From Eledone cirrhosa (taxonomy: Eukaryota): 64,000 bases of DNA. Positions within the stretch are counted from its first letter, which is position 1, and every line of letters begins with the position of its first letter. The stretch lies in assembly GCA_964016885.1 (NCBI GenBank), contig OZ024746.1, positions 59,582,001 through 59,646,000 of the forward strand. The letters run 5' to 3'. The notes under the pieces were generated by a model. The model was not told the origin of the DNA and searched no databases. It saw only the letters and a program-made list of their open reading frames with translations. The position numbers and the translations under genes are program-made. Shown piece after piece: positions 1 through 13,340 of the stretch.

Positions 1-82
1 ATATTACTTCTACTAAACACGTCTCATGGACTGAGTGCTCTACCACTACGGATATTACCTTCCAGTGTTCAACCTCTCTCTC

Positions 83-147
<65 letters not shown>

Positions 148-403
148 CAAATTAAAAAACGGAGTTAAAGACTCACATTAATTCTCTATGATTTAATGAG
201 CTCAAGGAATAAATAATGGGCTCTTTATAAGACAGTATACTGAGAAAAATACACAGAGGTATGTGTTCAATTGTAGGAATATATTGAATGTATGTATGTA
301 TGTATGTATGTAAATATAAATGTATGTATGTAGAATGTATGTATGTATGAATGTATGTATGAATGTATGTATGTATGAATGGGTGTATATATCTATGTAT
401 TAT

Positions 404-445
<42 letters not shown>

Positions 446-562
446 TATTTGTATGTACGTATGTATGTATATATGTATGTATAATTGCATGTATGTATGT
501 ATGTATGTATGTATGTATGTATGTATGTATGTATGTATGTATGTATGTATGTATGTATTTAT

Positions 563-1165
563 GTCAGGCCACCAGTTGGTGCTACTGGTAACATGTATTC
601 CAGTACAACCTGCCCCATGGTCGGGTCGTTGGCGACTACACTGGCAACTCCACCAAGGTTTCTTGGTGAGGAGGGTGACTTTGGACATACTGCAGGACTA
701 AAAACAAAACCTGACAAAGGGCAAAGTTGCTCTTAAGAGTCAATGGCCATCCAAAATCACCGGGAGAGATGACCCCTTAGCCTTTGTCAAGGTAGGAGAA
801 GGAAAACTCTGATATTACACCTGCAACCCTGATGGTATCCAATGATGTTGACTTGTTCTTCTTTTTGGTAAATATCATCTTGGTTAAGAGAGTGGGACTG
901 GCTTTGTGCAGTGCCTTTGCTCACTATAAAAGCTTCACGGCACAGGCATTGCTTTATATCTGGAGATCTCTCTGCACTTGTCGTAACATGGTACCATGGG
1001 CCCAGCACTATGTGTCAATAATTGTCATAAGTGTAGTGTTTGTACCAGAGTTTTCAAGTCGCTGGTGGACTAAAAAGTCACACTCGTTCAGCGCATCGGT
1101 AGGGGTTCTCCTACATGGATATAAAGTAGTGGCTGTACTCGAAAACGAGTTGGCAGCCACCACCA
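563..1165 (+). mobile_element. Non-coding retroposon with RTE-like 5' UTR block, 3' stem-loop and (TGTA)n tail
   Basis: Contains TAGGAGAAGGAAAACTCTGA, a motif I recall from RTE 5' UTRs. Ends in hairpin GTGGCTG-TACTCG-AAAA-CGAGTTG-GCAGCCAC, then (TGTA)n. Its 3' ~320 bp recur inverted at 62742-63065. Confidence 0.6.
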
Positions 1166-1289
1166 TGTATGTATGTACGCATTTATGTATGTATGTGTAT
1201 ATATATATATGTATATTTGTATACATGAATGAATGTATGTGTGTATGTATGTATCAATGTTAATACTTGTGTGATTCTGTTGAATGAAT

Positions 1290-1690
1290 GAAGATATTCC
1301 TCTCCTTCTCCCTCCGCCCCCTCTATCATTTGATAGTCTTTCTCTCCCTTTCTTTCTTCCATTCTCTCTCACTTTTTCTTTCCTCTCTTTCTCTGCCCAT
1401 CCTCTCTCTTTCTGTCCTCTTGTCTCTGCTTCTCCTCTCTTTCTGCCCTCTTTTCTCTGCCTCCCTCTCTTCCCCTCTCTTCTCTTTCCTCTTTTTTTCT
1501 TCCCCTTCTCTCTTTTTTTTCCTCTCTTTCTTTGCCTCCCTCTCTTTCTTCCATCTTCTTTCTTTTACTCTCTTCCTTTTCTTCCTTTCTCTGCCTCCCC
1601 CCCTCTATCTTTCCTCTCATTACTCCCCCTCTCGCCCTCTCTCTCCCTGTCTCTCTCTCTCCCTGTCTCTCTCTCTCCCTCTCTGCTTGT
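1290..1690. repeat. Pyrimidine-rich (CT/CTT) low-complexity tract
   Basis: Directly visible. Confidence 0.9.
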
Positions 1691-2129
1691 GTCTTATGTA
1701 TGTAGTCAATACTTCATTCATCTAGTTACATAAACAGCAATGACTGTAAGACTCACTACAGACAACAGACATCAGTAGTGATGATATTCCATATAATAGA
1801 TTACATTACATTACATTACATTGCATTACTGTCTGTCTGTCTGTCTGTCTGTCTGACTGACTGTCTATCTGTCTGTCTGTCTGACTGACTGACTGACTGA
1901 CCGTATATACACGGTGGAATGTGATCATTCTCTATTGATGTATATATCACTAAATTAAACAATATATTACAGCATATGTGTGAGTGTATGTGTGTATGTG
2001 TGCGTGAGTGTGTGAGTGTAAGCGTGTATATACGTGTGTGTGAGTGTGTGTGAGTTTGTGCGTGTGTGAGTGTGCGTGTGTGTGTGTGTTTAGATATATG
2101 TATATATGTATATATAGATATACATATAC

Positions 2130-2167
<38 letters not shown>

Positions 2168-2186
2168 ATATATATATATGTACATT

Positions 2187-2218
<32 letters not shown>

Positions 2219-2539
2219 TGCATATATATATATATGTGTGTGTACGTGTGTGTGTGTAAATATATGTGTGTGAGCGTGTGAGAGAGAGTGTGTGCGTGAG
2301 TGTCCATATACATATATGTATGTAAGCCCAAATTTCTACATTATCTACAGCTTAAGTGATGTTACCAACAACAGCAGCCTTACTGACAACAACAACAACA
2401 AGAACAGCAACAACAACAACAACAACAACAACAACCATCAGTGCATACCTTCAACATTCTTGTCAACAAAACCACAACGGCATGTCTGTTAAATGAGTCA
2501 GTGTAAGAAGATAATGTCTGGTTGATAGTGGGGGAGGGG

Positions 2540-2775
2540 TCGTGGTGGTGGTGGTGGTTGTAGTGTGGTGGGGGTGTTGCTGGTGAGGGGGGGCTGTTGC
2601 TGGTGGGGGGGATGGCACTGGTAGTGGTGCTGGTGGTGCTGGTGGTGGTGGCGCTGGTGGTGGTGTTGGTGGTGGTCGCGGTGTGTGTGGGGGGAGGTGG
2701 TGGTGGTGGAGATGGTGTTGGTGTTGGTGCTGGTGGTGATGGTGGTGCTTGTAGTGATGGCACTGGTAGTGATGC

Positions 2776-2806
<31 letters not shown>

Positions 2807-3122
2807 GGTTGTGCTGGTGTTGATGGTGGTGCTTGTGGTGGTGATAATGGTTGTTGTTGTGGTGATGGTGCTGGTGGTGCTGGTGGTTGTGATGGTGGTG
2901 CTGGTGGTGCTGGTGGTGCTGGTGGTTGTGATGGTGGTGCTGGTGGTGCTAGTGGTGCTGATGCTGGTAGTGATATTGGTGGTGGTGGTTGTGATGGTGG
3001 TGGTGGTGGTGCTGGTAGTGATGCTGGTGCTGATGATGATGCTGGGGGTGCTGGGATGGAGCTTGAGGAGGTGGTGGTGGTGGTGGTGGTGGTGGGGTCG
3101 GTGGTGGTGTTAGTGGTGGTGC
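2540..3122. repeat. Degenerate (GGT/GCT/GAT)n trinucleotide array
   Basis: Directly visible; explains the overlapping Gly/Pro/Val ORFs. Confidence 0.9.
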
Positions 3123-3347
3123 CCAAGGTGAAAGTGAATTCTTGACAACTAACGTTCGAAGTACATAATTCAGACGAATTACGAATAAGTAAGTAAGAAG
3201 CCAGTATATCGCCCAGCAATACGCTAGAAAAACTCAGTGTCGCCATCTGGAGATCGTACTATGACTTAGGTATCCTTGTACAACATCATTACTGTGCTCA
3301 CAGTTTATTTTTTGTATGCCACAAGTTAGGATCATTTCCTCCATTTA

Positions 3348-3565
3348 GCGTCGGTGTATGGAGTTAAAATCCTTCGAAAAATCGACAATCAGGAAGTCTG
3401 CTTTGAGATTTCTTGCTCAAACGCCTTCTAGGATTCGCCGAACTGTCAAGATCTATGATGACGTAAATCTATTCATGCGGAAAACATTTTGGTTCAGCCT
3501 CAGCACCTTTTCGACCACAGGATTCATGCAACTGAGTGGCATTACATTATAAATCTTTTCCAGGA
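3348..3565 (-). pseudogene. RTE-clade LINE reverse transcriptase fragment
   Basis: Minus strand reads KIYNVM...VVEKVLRLNQNVFRMNRFTSS*ILTVRRILEGV*ARNLKADFLIVDFSKDFNSIHR, matching the RT Q-x-GFR and (F)VDFSKAFDSIHR region, with stops. Confidence 0.8.
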
Positions 3566-3589
3566 TTTATCCATACATATTTTCCTTAT

Positions 3590-3782
3590 AAGAGAATTGG
3601 ATTCACAATCGTGAGGTTGTCAGTTCGATTCCTGGACCGGGCGATGTATTAAGTCCTTGAACAAGACACTTTATTTCACGTTGCTCCTCCTACTTGGAGT
3701 TGCGACCGATAGATAGTACTAGCAATTGGAAAGACCAACGGAAACATTGCTTCCTCGGTCAGATTTGACGAAAATCGATCGA
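3590..3782 (+). mobile_element. tRNA-derived SINE, family B variant
   Basis: B box GTTCGATTCC followed by GTCCTTGAACAAGACACTTTATTTCAC. A close copy lies on the minus strand at 54440-54652. Confidence 0.75.
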
Positions 3783-4031
3783 TTATATATATATTTACCT
3801 GTAATTCAAAGGTCCAGTCATGTCACACATTTTGTCGCGTTGAATTTTCCTTATAATTAAGCTAAAGGTGCTTAACCATACTTTTCAACCAACAACTGGA
3901 ATTTTCACCGTTCAAAACGACGGAGGTTCGGTTTTGGGGGCTTTCTTTTTTTACTTTGATACAACTTCTAAAATCAGTAAAGTTATTACCTTCAATGATA
4001 CTTACAACAAACACCTTATAACTAACAACAA

Positions 4032-4551
4032 TTAATTCTTTTGATATTAAACCGCCTGAAATATTTATATTTATCTAAAAAAAAAACCTTCCATCAATAT
4101 TTTATGTAAGAACCTTTGTAATGTTCCAAACTCCATCTTAGTAATATAATTGACTTTAAATATCAGCTATATTCCTAGATTCCTGAAAGTTCTTCATTAT
4201 TTTGGATTTTGCCTTTCATCCTTACGGGGTGGATAAAATAAAGTACCAGTAATGTACTGGGTAATTGCTGGCCTTGTGCCCAAAGTAGAAACAATTATTT
4301 TGGATTGTCAGTATCGGTAGCTGGTCGATGCCATGCTTTCCAGCATAGAGTTACGTCCCTTTGTGGTCGGAGTTCAAATCCCGCCGAGGTTAACTTTGCC
4401 TTTCATCCTCACGGGGCCGATAAAATAAAACACCGGTAATGTACTGGGATAATTGCTGGCCTTGAGCTAAAAATAGAAACAACTATTTTAAAAATCATTT
4501 GAATATCATAGTCTCTGTTGTCCGTTAGAAATATAGTAATGAAAAGGTTAA
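4032..4551. mobile_element. Old TTAA-bounded MITE-like relic interrupted by SINEs
   Basis: Starts TTAATTCTTTTGAT..AAACCGCCTGAA and ends ..GAAAAGGTTAA. A related left end is at 27315-27460. Confidence 0.4.
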
Positions 4552-5717
4552 ACATCAATTGTATGCAGCTGCTAAGGGGAGATAACAAATTAACAAACAT
4601 TCAGCGACATTTATCTGTGGGTGTTTACGCCCGACTCACCTCTCTGTCTGTCATTATACGGTAAAAGGGAGAGCAATAACAACAAAAATCGCAACAGCAG
4701 CAATAGCAACAACAATAGCAGCAACAGCCACAATAACAACAGTAAACAACAACAGTAGCAACTGTAGTAGCTTTGTATTCATACGATCGATAAATATCGA
4801 TAATTAAAACAATACAATCAATAGTATTAGCAACTGTTATTATTTGTATTGTTGCTGTTGTTGTTTCTAGCCTAGGTTAAAACCAGCAATTTTGAGGAAA
4901 GGAAACGTCGCTTAAATCGACACCAGTATTAGACTGGTACTTATTTTATCAACCCCCAGGAAGATGAAAGTCAAAGGTCACCTCGACATGATTTGAACTC
5001 AGTAAGTAATGGACTGTAATTAAATGCATCAAAGTATTTTGTGCACCACTCTAACGATTTTACCAATCCGCCGCCCTTGTAATAATTGTTTCTACTTTAG
5101 GCACAAGGCCAACAATTACCCAGTGCATTACTGGTACTTTATTTTATCGACCCCGTAAGGATGAAAGGCAAAGTCAACCTCGGCGGGATTTGAACTCAGA
5201 TCGTAAAGGGACGTAACTATGCTGGAAAACATGGCGTCCGACCCTCCACCGATACTGCCAATCCACCGCCCTTGTAATAATGGTTTCTACATCTGACACA
5301 AGGCCAGCAATTTGAAGGGGAAGGAGAAAGTGGAATAAATCGACCCCAGTGCATTACTGGTACTTTATTATTTTATCGACCCAGTAAGGATGACAGCTAA
5401 AGTTAACCTCGACGAGATTTGAACTCAAAACTCAATGGGACATAACTATATACCACAAAGCATGTTGTCCGATGATCTACCGATATAGCCAATCCAATAA
5501 TAATAATAATGATTTCTAGTATAGGCACAAGGCCAGTAATTTTTTGGGGGGAGTCGATTAAATCAACACCAGTGCATTACTGGTACTTTATTTTATCGAC
5601 CCCGTAAGGATGAAAGGCAAAGTTAACCTCGGCGGGATTTGAACTTAGATCATAAAGGGGCGTAACTCTATGCTGCAAAGCATGATGTTCGACGCTCTAC
5701 CGATACTGCCAATCCAA
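4208..5717. mobile_element. Cluster of six tRNA-derived SINE family A copies (2 plus, 4 minus)
   Basis: A box TGGCAGTATCGG, B box GTTCAAATCC, central GCCTTTCATCCTTACGGGGTCGATAAAATAAAGTACCAG (resembles the Deu/Nin domain), tail TTGCTGGCCTTGTGCC..AGTAGAAACAATTAT. Confidence 0.9.
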
Positions 5718-6451
5718 ATAATAATAATAATATAAGCAATAACAAACAGGTAAAAAAATGGTGGGGGAAGCAAAAACAAAGAGTTTTCCTTCTTTCTTGG
5801 TTAACACGGGTAATATTGCCACCTTTCACAATTTTTCAACTGTAATTAAATTTTTGGGAGGCGGTGATTAAACGTGTTGCATATATAATTACCTTTAGAG
5901 AAAAAAGCGGGAAAGTATTGATGAAGAGAAGATTTTTCGATTCGCTACTTACTTTGATCTCGAGCTTCAAACTAAAGGCTTCTTTTTTCTTTTTTTTTTT
6001 CTTTTCTTTTTTTTTTTTTTTCTTTTCTTTTTTTTTTTTTTTCGGTCCATTCCTCCACCACTATGATACCATGCTAGGGATCACAACATCGATGGTTGGT
6101 AAGGGTGAGATGAGGTTGGGTGGAGGATTTTAAGGGTGCTATATCCGATTATTCTTCAATTGAATCCTTCTCATTAAGTTAAAAGAGAAAATTGTTCTCG
6201 CTTTAAATCGAAAATAAATTTATTGAGTATAAAGTAAAAAAAAAAAAGAACAAAAGATTTTATCTTATTTTTTTGTTTGTTTTTCTTTAGGATTTTATTT
6301 ATTTATTTATTGTTTTGGTTTGTTTGGTTTTGTTGTTATTGTTGTTGTTGTTGTCGATGATAATTATTGTTTTGTTTTTGTTGCTTCTGTCTTTTATTTA
6401 GACGAAAGAGTTTGGAGGAGTGTTGGGGAATTTCATTTTAGTAGCAAAGAG

Positions 6452-6548
<97 letters not shown>

Positions 6549-6748
6549 ACGTTAAAAGGACGACGATTATGATGATATATATATGTGTGTGTGTATACAT
6601 ATTCATATATATGTATATATACATTTATGTATATACATAAATATGTATACATATATATATATAATTATGTTTATATATATATATATTTATATATTATGTA
6701 TATAATATACATAAATATGTATACACATATATATAATTATGTTTATAT

Positions 6749-6820
<72 letters not shown>

Positions 6821-6877
6821 GTATGTATGTATATATGTATGTATGTATATATACATATATATATATACATATGTATG

Positions 6878-6940
<63 letters not shown>

Positions 6941-7060
6941 TCAAACGTATTCAAAAGCATCCTTACCTCACTAGTATGCATATAAAATATGCCACACACA
7001 TATTTATATAGACACACACTCAGATAGACCTGTCTGTATGTGTGTGTGTGTATATATATA

Positions 7061-7139
<79 letters not shown>

Positions 7140-7472
7140 ATGTATATATGGTGAGAGACAGAGTTAATCTTTTGAGATGATATTATTGTGAATATGTACT
7201 CAAATATTTTTTTTCTACCATCTCATCTATTTCCCACACGTCTTATTGATCTCTTTACTCCTTCTTTCCTTCCATTCCTGCGTTCTTTCTATACAAACAC
7301 CTATACACACCTACATAAATCTACACACATATATATATAAACTGCACACACATATATGGGTACATAGAAATATGAATATATATACCTCGGTACACTACAC
7401 ATGCAAACACACTAATACAATACGTATTCAAAAGCATCCTTACCTCACGAGTATGTATATAAAATATGCCAT

Positions 7473-7503
<31 letters not shown>

Positions 7504-7730
7504 GACATACACACTCAGCACACACTCAGATAGACGTGCATGTATGTGTATGTATGTGTATCTGTGTGTGTGTACATATATATATATATATATGTGTGTG
7601 TATGTATATATATATATATGTGTGTGTATGTATATATATATATATATATACATTTATGTTATGTGTTTGATTTAATATGAATATGCAAACACACACATAC
7701 AACCATGTACTTATACATACATCATATATT

Positions 7731-7828
<98 letters not shown>

Positions 7829-9098
7829 GATAGATACACACATACACACATACACACACACACATATATATATATATATATTATTCGTATTCTATGCTCC
7901 CATAAATGAATCAACACGCGCTGGCCAAAGAAGGTGAATTTTATAGTTTCTAGATTCCAGAGGCAGCTGGAAAGATAGTGAAAAACCTAATTTATTGTTG
8001 TGTATGGCGGTAGACTTTAATGCCACAGTGGAAAACTATAATGATTGGGGAATTTTTATTCTGAATGTATGGATAAACAATGAATAGAAAATCATGAAGG
8101 AAAATGGATGAAACTGGATATGGCTTCCGAGATATTTTAGAACAAAAGGCAAGCCATGGTCTCTTATCACGTGATAAATTAGTAAGGGCACACCATCATG
8201 ATTGATATACGAAGTGCGTTCGGCATATTATCTGGCGGAGCCTTTCCCTCTCCAAATTGGATCACAGTTGATTTCTTCCAGAGAAAGAGAGAAGAGGTAA
8301 GGGAGGAAAAGTAAGAAAGAGAAATAGAGGAAGAATCGATCTTAGTATTGGATGATAGTTTATTTATCGACCAGGAATGAACGAAAGATAAAGTTGCCCT
8401 CGGTCAGATTTGAACCCAGAGCCCAAAGAACTCGAGCGTATACTGCAAAGCATTCTGTTTCACGTTGTAACGACTCGATGTCGATAAATGTAGCACTAGT
8501 TTGATACTGGCATTATACCCTCTATATCTGCTGTTATATACTCTTTATCTCTTTCTCATTTCTCTTTTTCCTCTATTACTCTCTATTTGTCTATAAGAAA
8601 TCGACGGTTTACACCTAGAAACGGCTAGGCTACACCAGGTTTAGATACCCAAGTCATGTAATAACAGGGCTCGAACGACTCCATCGGGAGTTGAGGGCCC
8701 ACGGCTTGGCTTTGCAGGGCATAGTAGATAGGTAGCTTGTGATGGGTTTTTTTTTTGTGACAATTGCAATACCATATGGAATATTGTGAAGTGGTTGGCG
8801 TCGATGGTCTATTATTTAGAATGCCTTACCCTTAATGAATGTCATTCCAGAGAGAATGTGTGTGGGTATGTGTGTGTGTCTGTTTGAGAGTGTGAAAGAG
8901 AGGAAAGTAGAAAGAGAGATGAAAGACTAGAGTGCGAGAATATCAAAAAGTGGCATATATATGTGTGTTAATCAACATTTTTATATATTTATATGAAATA
9001 CACACATGCACATATCAAGCATTAAGCTAATATATTTTTTTTGTGTCACATTTCGCTCGTGTATAAATGTTTACAATAAAATCTTAACTGTAATATTT

Positions 9099-9176
<78 letters not shown>

Positions 9177-9222
9177 GGTGTGTGCGTGTGTGTTTGTGAG
9201 TGTGTGTGTGTGTGTGTGCGTG

Positions 9223-9339
<117 letters not shown>

Positions 9340-9458
9340 GTATACAATATTTTTTCCTCCAATATGGCTGACTGAATACACTTGTTTTTCAAAAACGTTT
9401 TTTTTTCCGTTCCTTCCTATTTTCACTCTCTTTTTATTTCATCATTTAGTTCTAATTC

Positions 9459-9497
9459 TATCTTCTGATGAAGGACTAGTGTCTGAAACATAAATAT
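9459..9497 (+). ncRNA. Degenerate minimal hammerhead ribozyme motif
   Basis: CTGATGA-aGGAC-tagt-GTCT-GAAA-ca-TA. Stems I and III are imperfect. Confidence 0.35.
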
Positions 9498-10407
9498 TCT
9501 TTTTTCTACTATATCAAGCTTTAAACTAATATATTTCTGCATTCCACTGTGTTGATTACTTTGTTGTTTCCGTTTACCTTTCGCATACATATATGAGTAT
9601 ATGTATGTGTATGTGTGTGTGTGTACATGTATGCATATGTGTGTGTGCTCGTGTGTGTGTGTGCAATGTGTGCGTGTGTGCGCATGTGTGCGTGCATGCG
9701 TGTGTGTGTAGAGAGAGAAAGGAGAGAGGAGTGAAGAGAGAGAGCACAGAGATTGTTCAGCATACTCTTTGAAGATAGAATGTTTGTGCGTGTAAGAGAT
9801 AGAAACGTAGTAAGAGAGGAAGAGAGAAAGAGGGGATAGGGGCAATATATTAGACAGATTGAGGGAGAGTAAAGGCCGTGGCAAGAACTCTCATTTATTT
9901 CTCATCCTTTCAGTTAAAGTTTCTATAAAAAAAAACCATATCTCACTGAATTCTTTTGATTCTGCAAGAAAATCACAGAGAATCGCAGATAATACCAAAT
10001 TTCAGAATTATTACATTACACGTTGGACATATCATTGTATCACATGTTGGGAAATAGGATGAAATATCTCTTTTTGTTATTCATGGTTCTCATGGTGTGC
10101 TTTTACACGATATAACATGATATCACTTAATAATCAAAATGTGTTTTTGTTCTAAGGTTTATATCTCTATAGAGGTATTAAATTTCTTTAATACGAGGTG
10201 CTGTCTAAATGTTTAGGTTGTGGGTTGGTTTGAAGTGGTGAAGACGATAAAAAAAGAAAGTCTTATAGAACAATATTTATGTGCATCTGTAACAAAAGCG
10301 CAGCCATGGTTATGTGGATAAAGAATTCGCTTCACCATCCTGTTGTTTCGAATTCAGTATCACTAATTGGCTCCATTGACAACTGTTTTCTACTAGCAGT
10401 ACACCTT

Positions 10408-10546
10408 TAATAAACGAAGCCAAATTTTAAATATTTGACTTATTTATTTTATTTTACATTACTCCGAAGTAACCAAACCAACCTGCGCACTTCGTCGAGT
10501 GCTCCAATCTGCATACTGAGGTGTCGGTAAACAACCAACATATACT
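10408..10546 (+). mobile_element. 3' tail of the hammerhead-bearing element at 55218-55760
   Basis: Near-identical to 55410-55545 (TAATAAACGAAGCCAAATTTT...GTCGGTAAACAACCAACATATACT). Confidence 0.75.
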
Positions 10547-10559
10547 AAAAAAAAAAAAA

Positions 10560-10591
<32 letters not shown>

Positions 10592-10796
10592 GGGTAATAG
10601 GAGTCAGGACCCCGCCGGCTGAGCTCCAGCCGTTTCGACACTTAAATCCGAACTATATATATAAATGTTGATCTATCTCAAATAAAACTCAGAATTAACT
10701 ATAGGGAAGACCATATTAGAGTACCTTAAAATAAAGGAACCTCATATACGTATCATCCAGAGGCAAAATTCATTGCTAGGGCTTAACAAATGTTTT

Positions 10797-10896
10797 CTCT
10801 GACTGCAGTTTCATAAACTAAACCCACAGAAATTATCTATCTCGATTAATTAAGATAGTCTATCTCGGCTAGAAAACTTGTCTCTTCATCGGAAAG
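10797..10896 (-). ncRNA. Degenerate type I hammerhead with long stem II
   Basis: Minus strand: cttt-CCGATGA-(~75 nt)-GAAA-ctgcag-TC-agag. Stem III is palindromic. The host island is flanked by (TA)n. Confidence 0.5.
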
Positions 10897-10951
10897 GGTT
10901 TTCTGTTTCCAAAATTAAGAGAGACAAAATATATCTACCTGCTGTCGTGCA

Positions 10952-10982
<31 letters not shown>

Positions 10983-10998
10983 GTATATATATATATAA

Positions 10999-11038
<40 letters not shown>

Positions 11039-11047
11039 GTATATATA

Positions 11048-11121
<74 letters not shown>

Positions 11122-11220
11122 ATGAAATATCAATGATCGTTGGCAAATCACTGATGAGGGACTAATTTTATAATATGTAATCCATGTGCAACCATGCAGT
11201 ATTCTTCTCCCCATGTTTTT

Positions 11221-11286
<66 letters not shown>

Positions 11287-11289
<3 letters not shown>

Positions 11290-11478
11290 GTTTCTACAAT
11301 AGGCACAAGGCCACCAAATATCCAGTGTATTACTGGTACTTTATTTTATCGACCCCCGTTAGGATGAAAGGCAAAGTTAACCTCGACGGCATTTGAACTC
11401 AGAATGGCAAGGGCTGTAACTCTATGCGTCAAAGCATGGCGTCCGACCCTCTACCGATACTGCCAATTCAGCGCCCTT
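11287..11478 (-). mobile_element. SINE family A
   Basis: Full-length match to the family consensus. Confidence 0.9.
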
Positions 11479-11502
11479 ATATATATATATATATATAATG
11501 CA

Positions 11503-11699
11503 AGGATGAATGGTTACCCCTTCATTATGTTTATTGGTTGGTGTCGCGCGTTTCACTACTGATCAGCACAAGGTTCGATCTGTATCGATTTGGCCCGACT
11601 CTGGAATCAAAAGCTCGTCGGACCTCTGTAGTAGAGCTGATCAGTAGCGAAACGTGCGTCATCAACCAATAAACGTAATGAAGGAGTAACCATTCGTCC
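11503..11699. mobile_element. Fold-back element with ~65 bp arms carrying a hammerhead 3' half
   Basis: Left arm GATGAATGGTTAC...TTTCACTACTGATCAGC pairs with right arm GCTGATCAGTAGC-GAAA-cgtgcg-TC...TAACCATTCGTC. Confidence 0.6.
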
Positions 11700-11882
11700 G
11701 GCAGTATCGGTAGAAGGTCGGACGCCATGCTTTGACGCATAGAGTTACGGCCCTTGTCATTCTGAGTTCAAATCCCGCCGAGGTTAACTTTGCCTTTCAT
11801 CCTTACGGGGTCGATAGAAATAAAGTACCAGTAATGTAGTGGGATAATTGCTGGCCTTGTGCCAAAAAGTAGAAACGATTAT
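11700..11882 (+). mobile_element. SINE family A
   Basis: Consensus match. Confidence 0.9.
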
Positions 11883-11992
11883 TATATTACACTCTGTCTA
11901 GCTCTACACCTCGATACTGATGTGAACCTAAACAACGAGTGCTCACCCGGGTGAACCTACAGTAACTCCGCGTTATACTCCCTGGATATGTA

Positions 11993-12065
<73 letters not shown>

Positions 12066-12084
12066 CTATATCGTGTTTATACCC

Positions 12085-12245
12085 CGTAAGTTAACGGTCC
12101 GACAAAAACAGATTAATAACATAAGTACCGCATTTTAAAAAAGTAAATACTGGGATCGATATGAACGACTAAGTTCTTTCAAGGCCGTGTTCTAGCATGG
12201 CCACAGCCTAATGACCAAAACAAGCAACAGAATAAAAGATAAAGA
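12085..12245 (+). mobile_element. Diverged SINE 3' part (family C) with CR1-like tail
   Basis: AAGGCCGTGTTCTAGCATGGCCACAGCC tail. Relatives at 14270-14400 and 47610-47660. Confidence 0.55.
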
Positions 12246-12521
12246 ATAAAAGCAGAAGCAGCAGCAACAACAATATATTCAACATGGAAATATTTGCCAA
12301 TATCTGTTAAGTCCCTTAAAGGAATGGGAAAATCAAAATAAATATTGAGTTTGTTGATTTTTATATCTTAACCCTTTGAAGAGCCCTCAATGCGCATGTC
12401 AATGAATAGGGTAGAGGAAGGGAGATGAGAAAGGAACCGAATACAGTGTTGTTGAAAAGTTAAAGATTTATTATGAAAATTTGGAAAAGTATCTGCATTA
12501 TAAATATATACATATTTATAT

Positions 12522-12625
<104 letters not shown>

Positions 12626-12735
12626 AGACAGGAACAGACAGACAGAGAGAGAGGGGGGAGAGAGAGAGAGATATGTAAAATCCCGACCGCAACATTAAGC
12701 AGTTTCGGTTTGTGTATTCAGCAAGCGTTATTTAT

Positions 12736-12780
<45 letters not shown>

Positions 12781-12966
12781 CATATACATATGTACGTATG
12801 GGTTATATCGAACATTGGTAATAATGTTCGATTCGTTTGTAAACAAACGGCCCCGATTAGAGGTTGTGCCGGTGACCTATCGTCGCCTATTTATTCTACA
12901 CTGGCTTTGTATAATTATGAAAATACTATATATTTTCAACCGTTCAACACATTGGCAGAGTGGTAT

Positions 12967-13009
12967 ACAGTCCCGATGAAGGGTAATGACCCGGAAGCAT
13001 GTTGATTGT
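12967..13009 (+). ncRNA. Degenerate minimal type I hammerhead
   Basis: acagtc-CCGATGA-aGGGT-aatg-ACCCg-GAAG-catg-TT-gattgt. All stems pair; two core substitutions. Confidence 0.6.
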
Positions 13010-13122
13010 TCCTCAAAGCCAGTGTTGAACAATAGGTGACGATCGGTCACCGGCACGGCACAGCTTCAAATCGGGCCGTTTGTTTAGAAACGAATTGAAT
13101 ATTATTATTAATGTTCGATATA

Positions 13123-13340
13123 GGGCGGTGGATTGGCAGTATCGGTAGAGGGTCGGACGCCATGCTTTGCGGCATTTAATTACATCCCTTTACGTTCTGA
13201 GTTCAAATCCCGTCAAGGTTAACTTTGCCTTTCATCATTACGGGGTCGATAAAATAAAGTAGCAGTCACGCACTGGGGTCGATTTAATCGACTTTCCCCT
13301 CCCCCAAAATTGCTGGCCTTGTGCCTATATAAGAAACCAT
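13123..13340 (+). mobile_element. SINE family A with target-site duplication
   Basis: Consensus match; TSD TTATTAATGTTCGATATA on both sides. Confidence 0.9.

Noticed and set aside
832-1263. Repeated peptide also seen at 62598-63081, as a duplicated gene
   Set aside because: The frame is not conserved between copies; it is a dispersed non-coding repeat with a microsatellite tail.
2380-3246. 288 aa Pro/Thr-rich ORF with a hydrophobic N-terminus
   Set aside because: Almost entirely (GGT)n repeat; no supporting gene structure.
4302-4400. tRNA gene
   Set aside because: The A and B boxes belong to SINE heads; no full cloverleaf and no poly-T terminator.
6946-7480. ~55 bp direct repeat (ACGTATTCAAAAGCATCCTTACCTCAC) about 477 bp apart, as another retrozyme unit
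   Set aside because: The intervening sequence is mostly microsatellite and no ribozyme core was found.
11151-11215. CTGATGA in a TA-flanked island as a hammerhead
   Set aside because: No downstream GAAA/UH or stem I partner.
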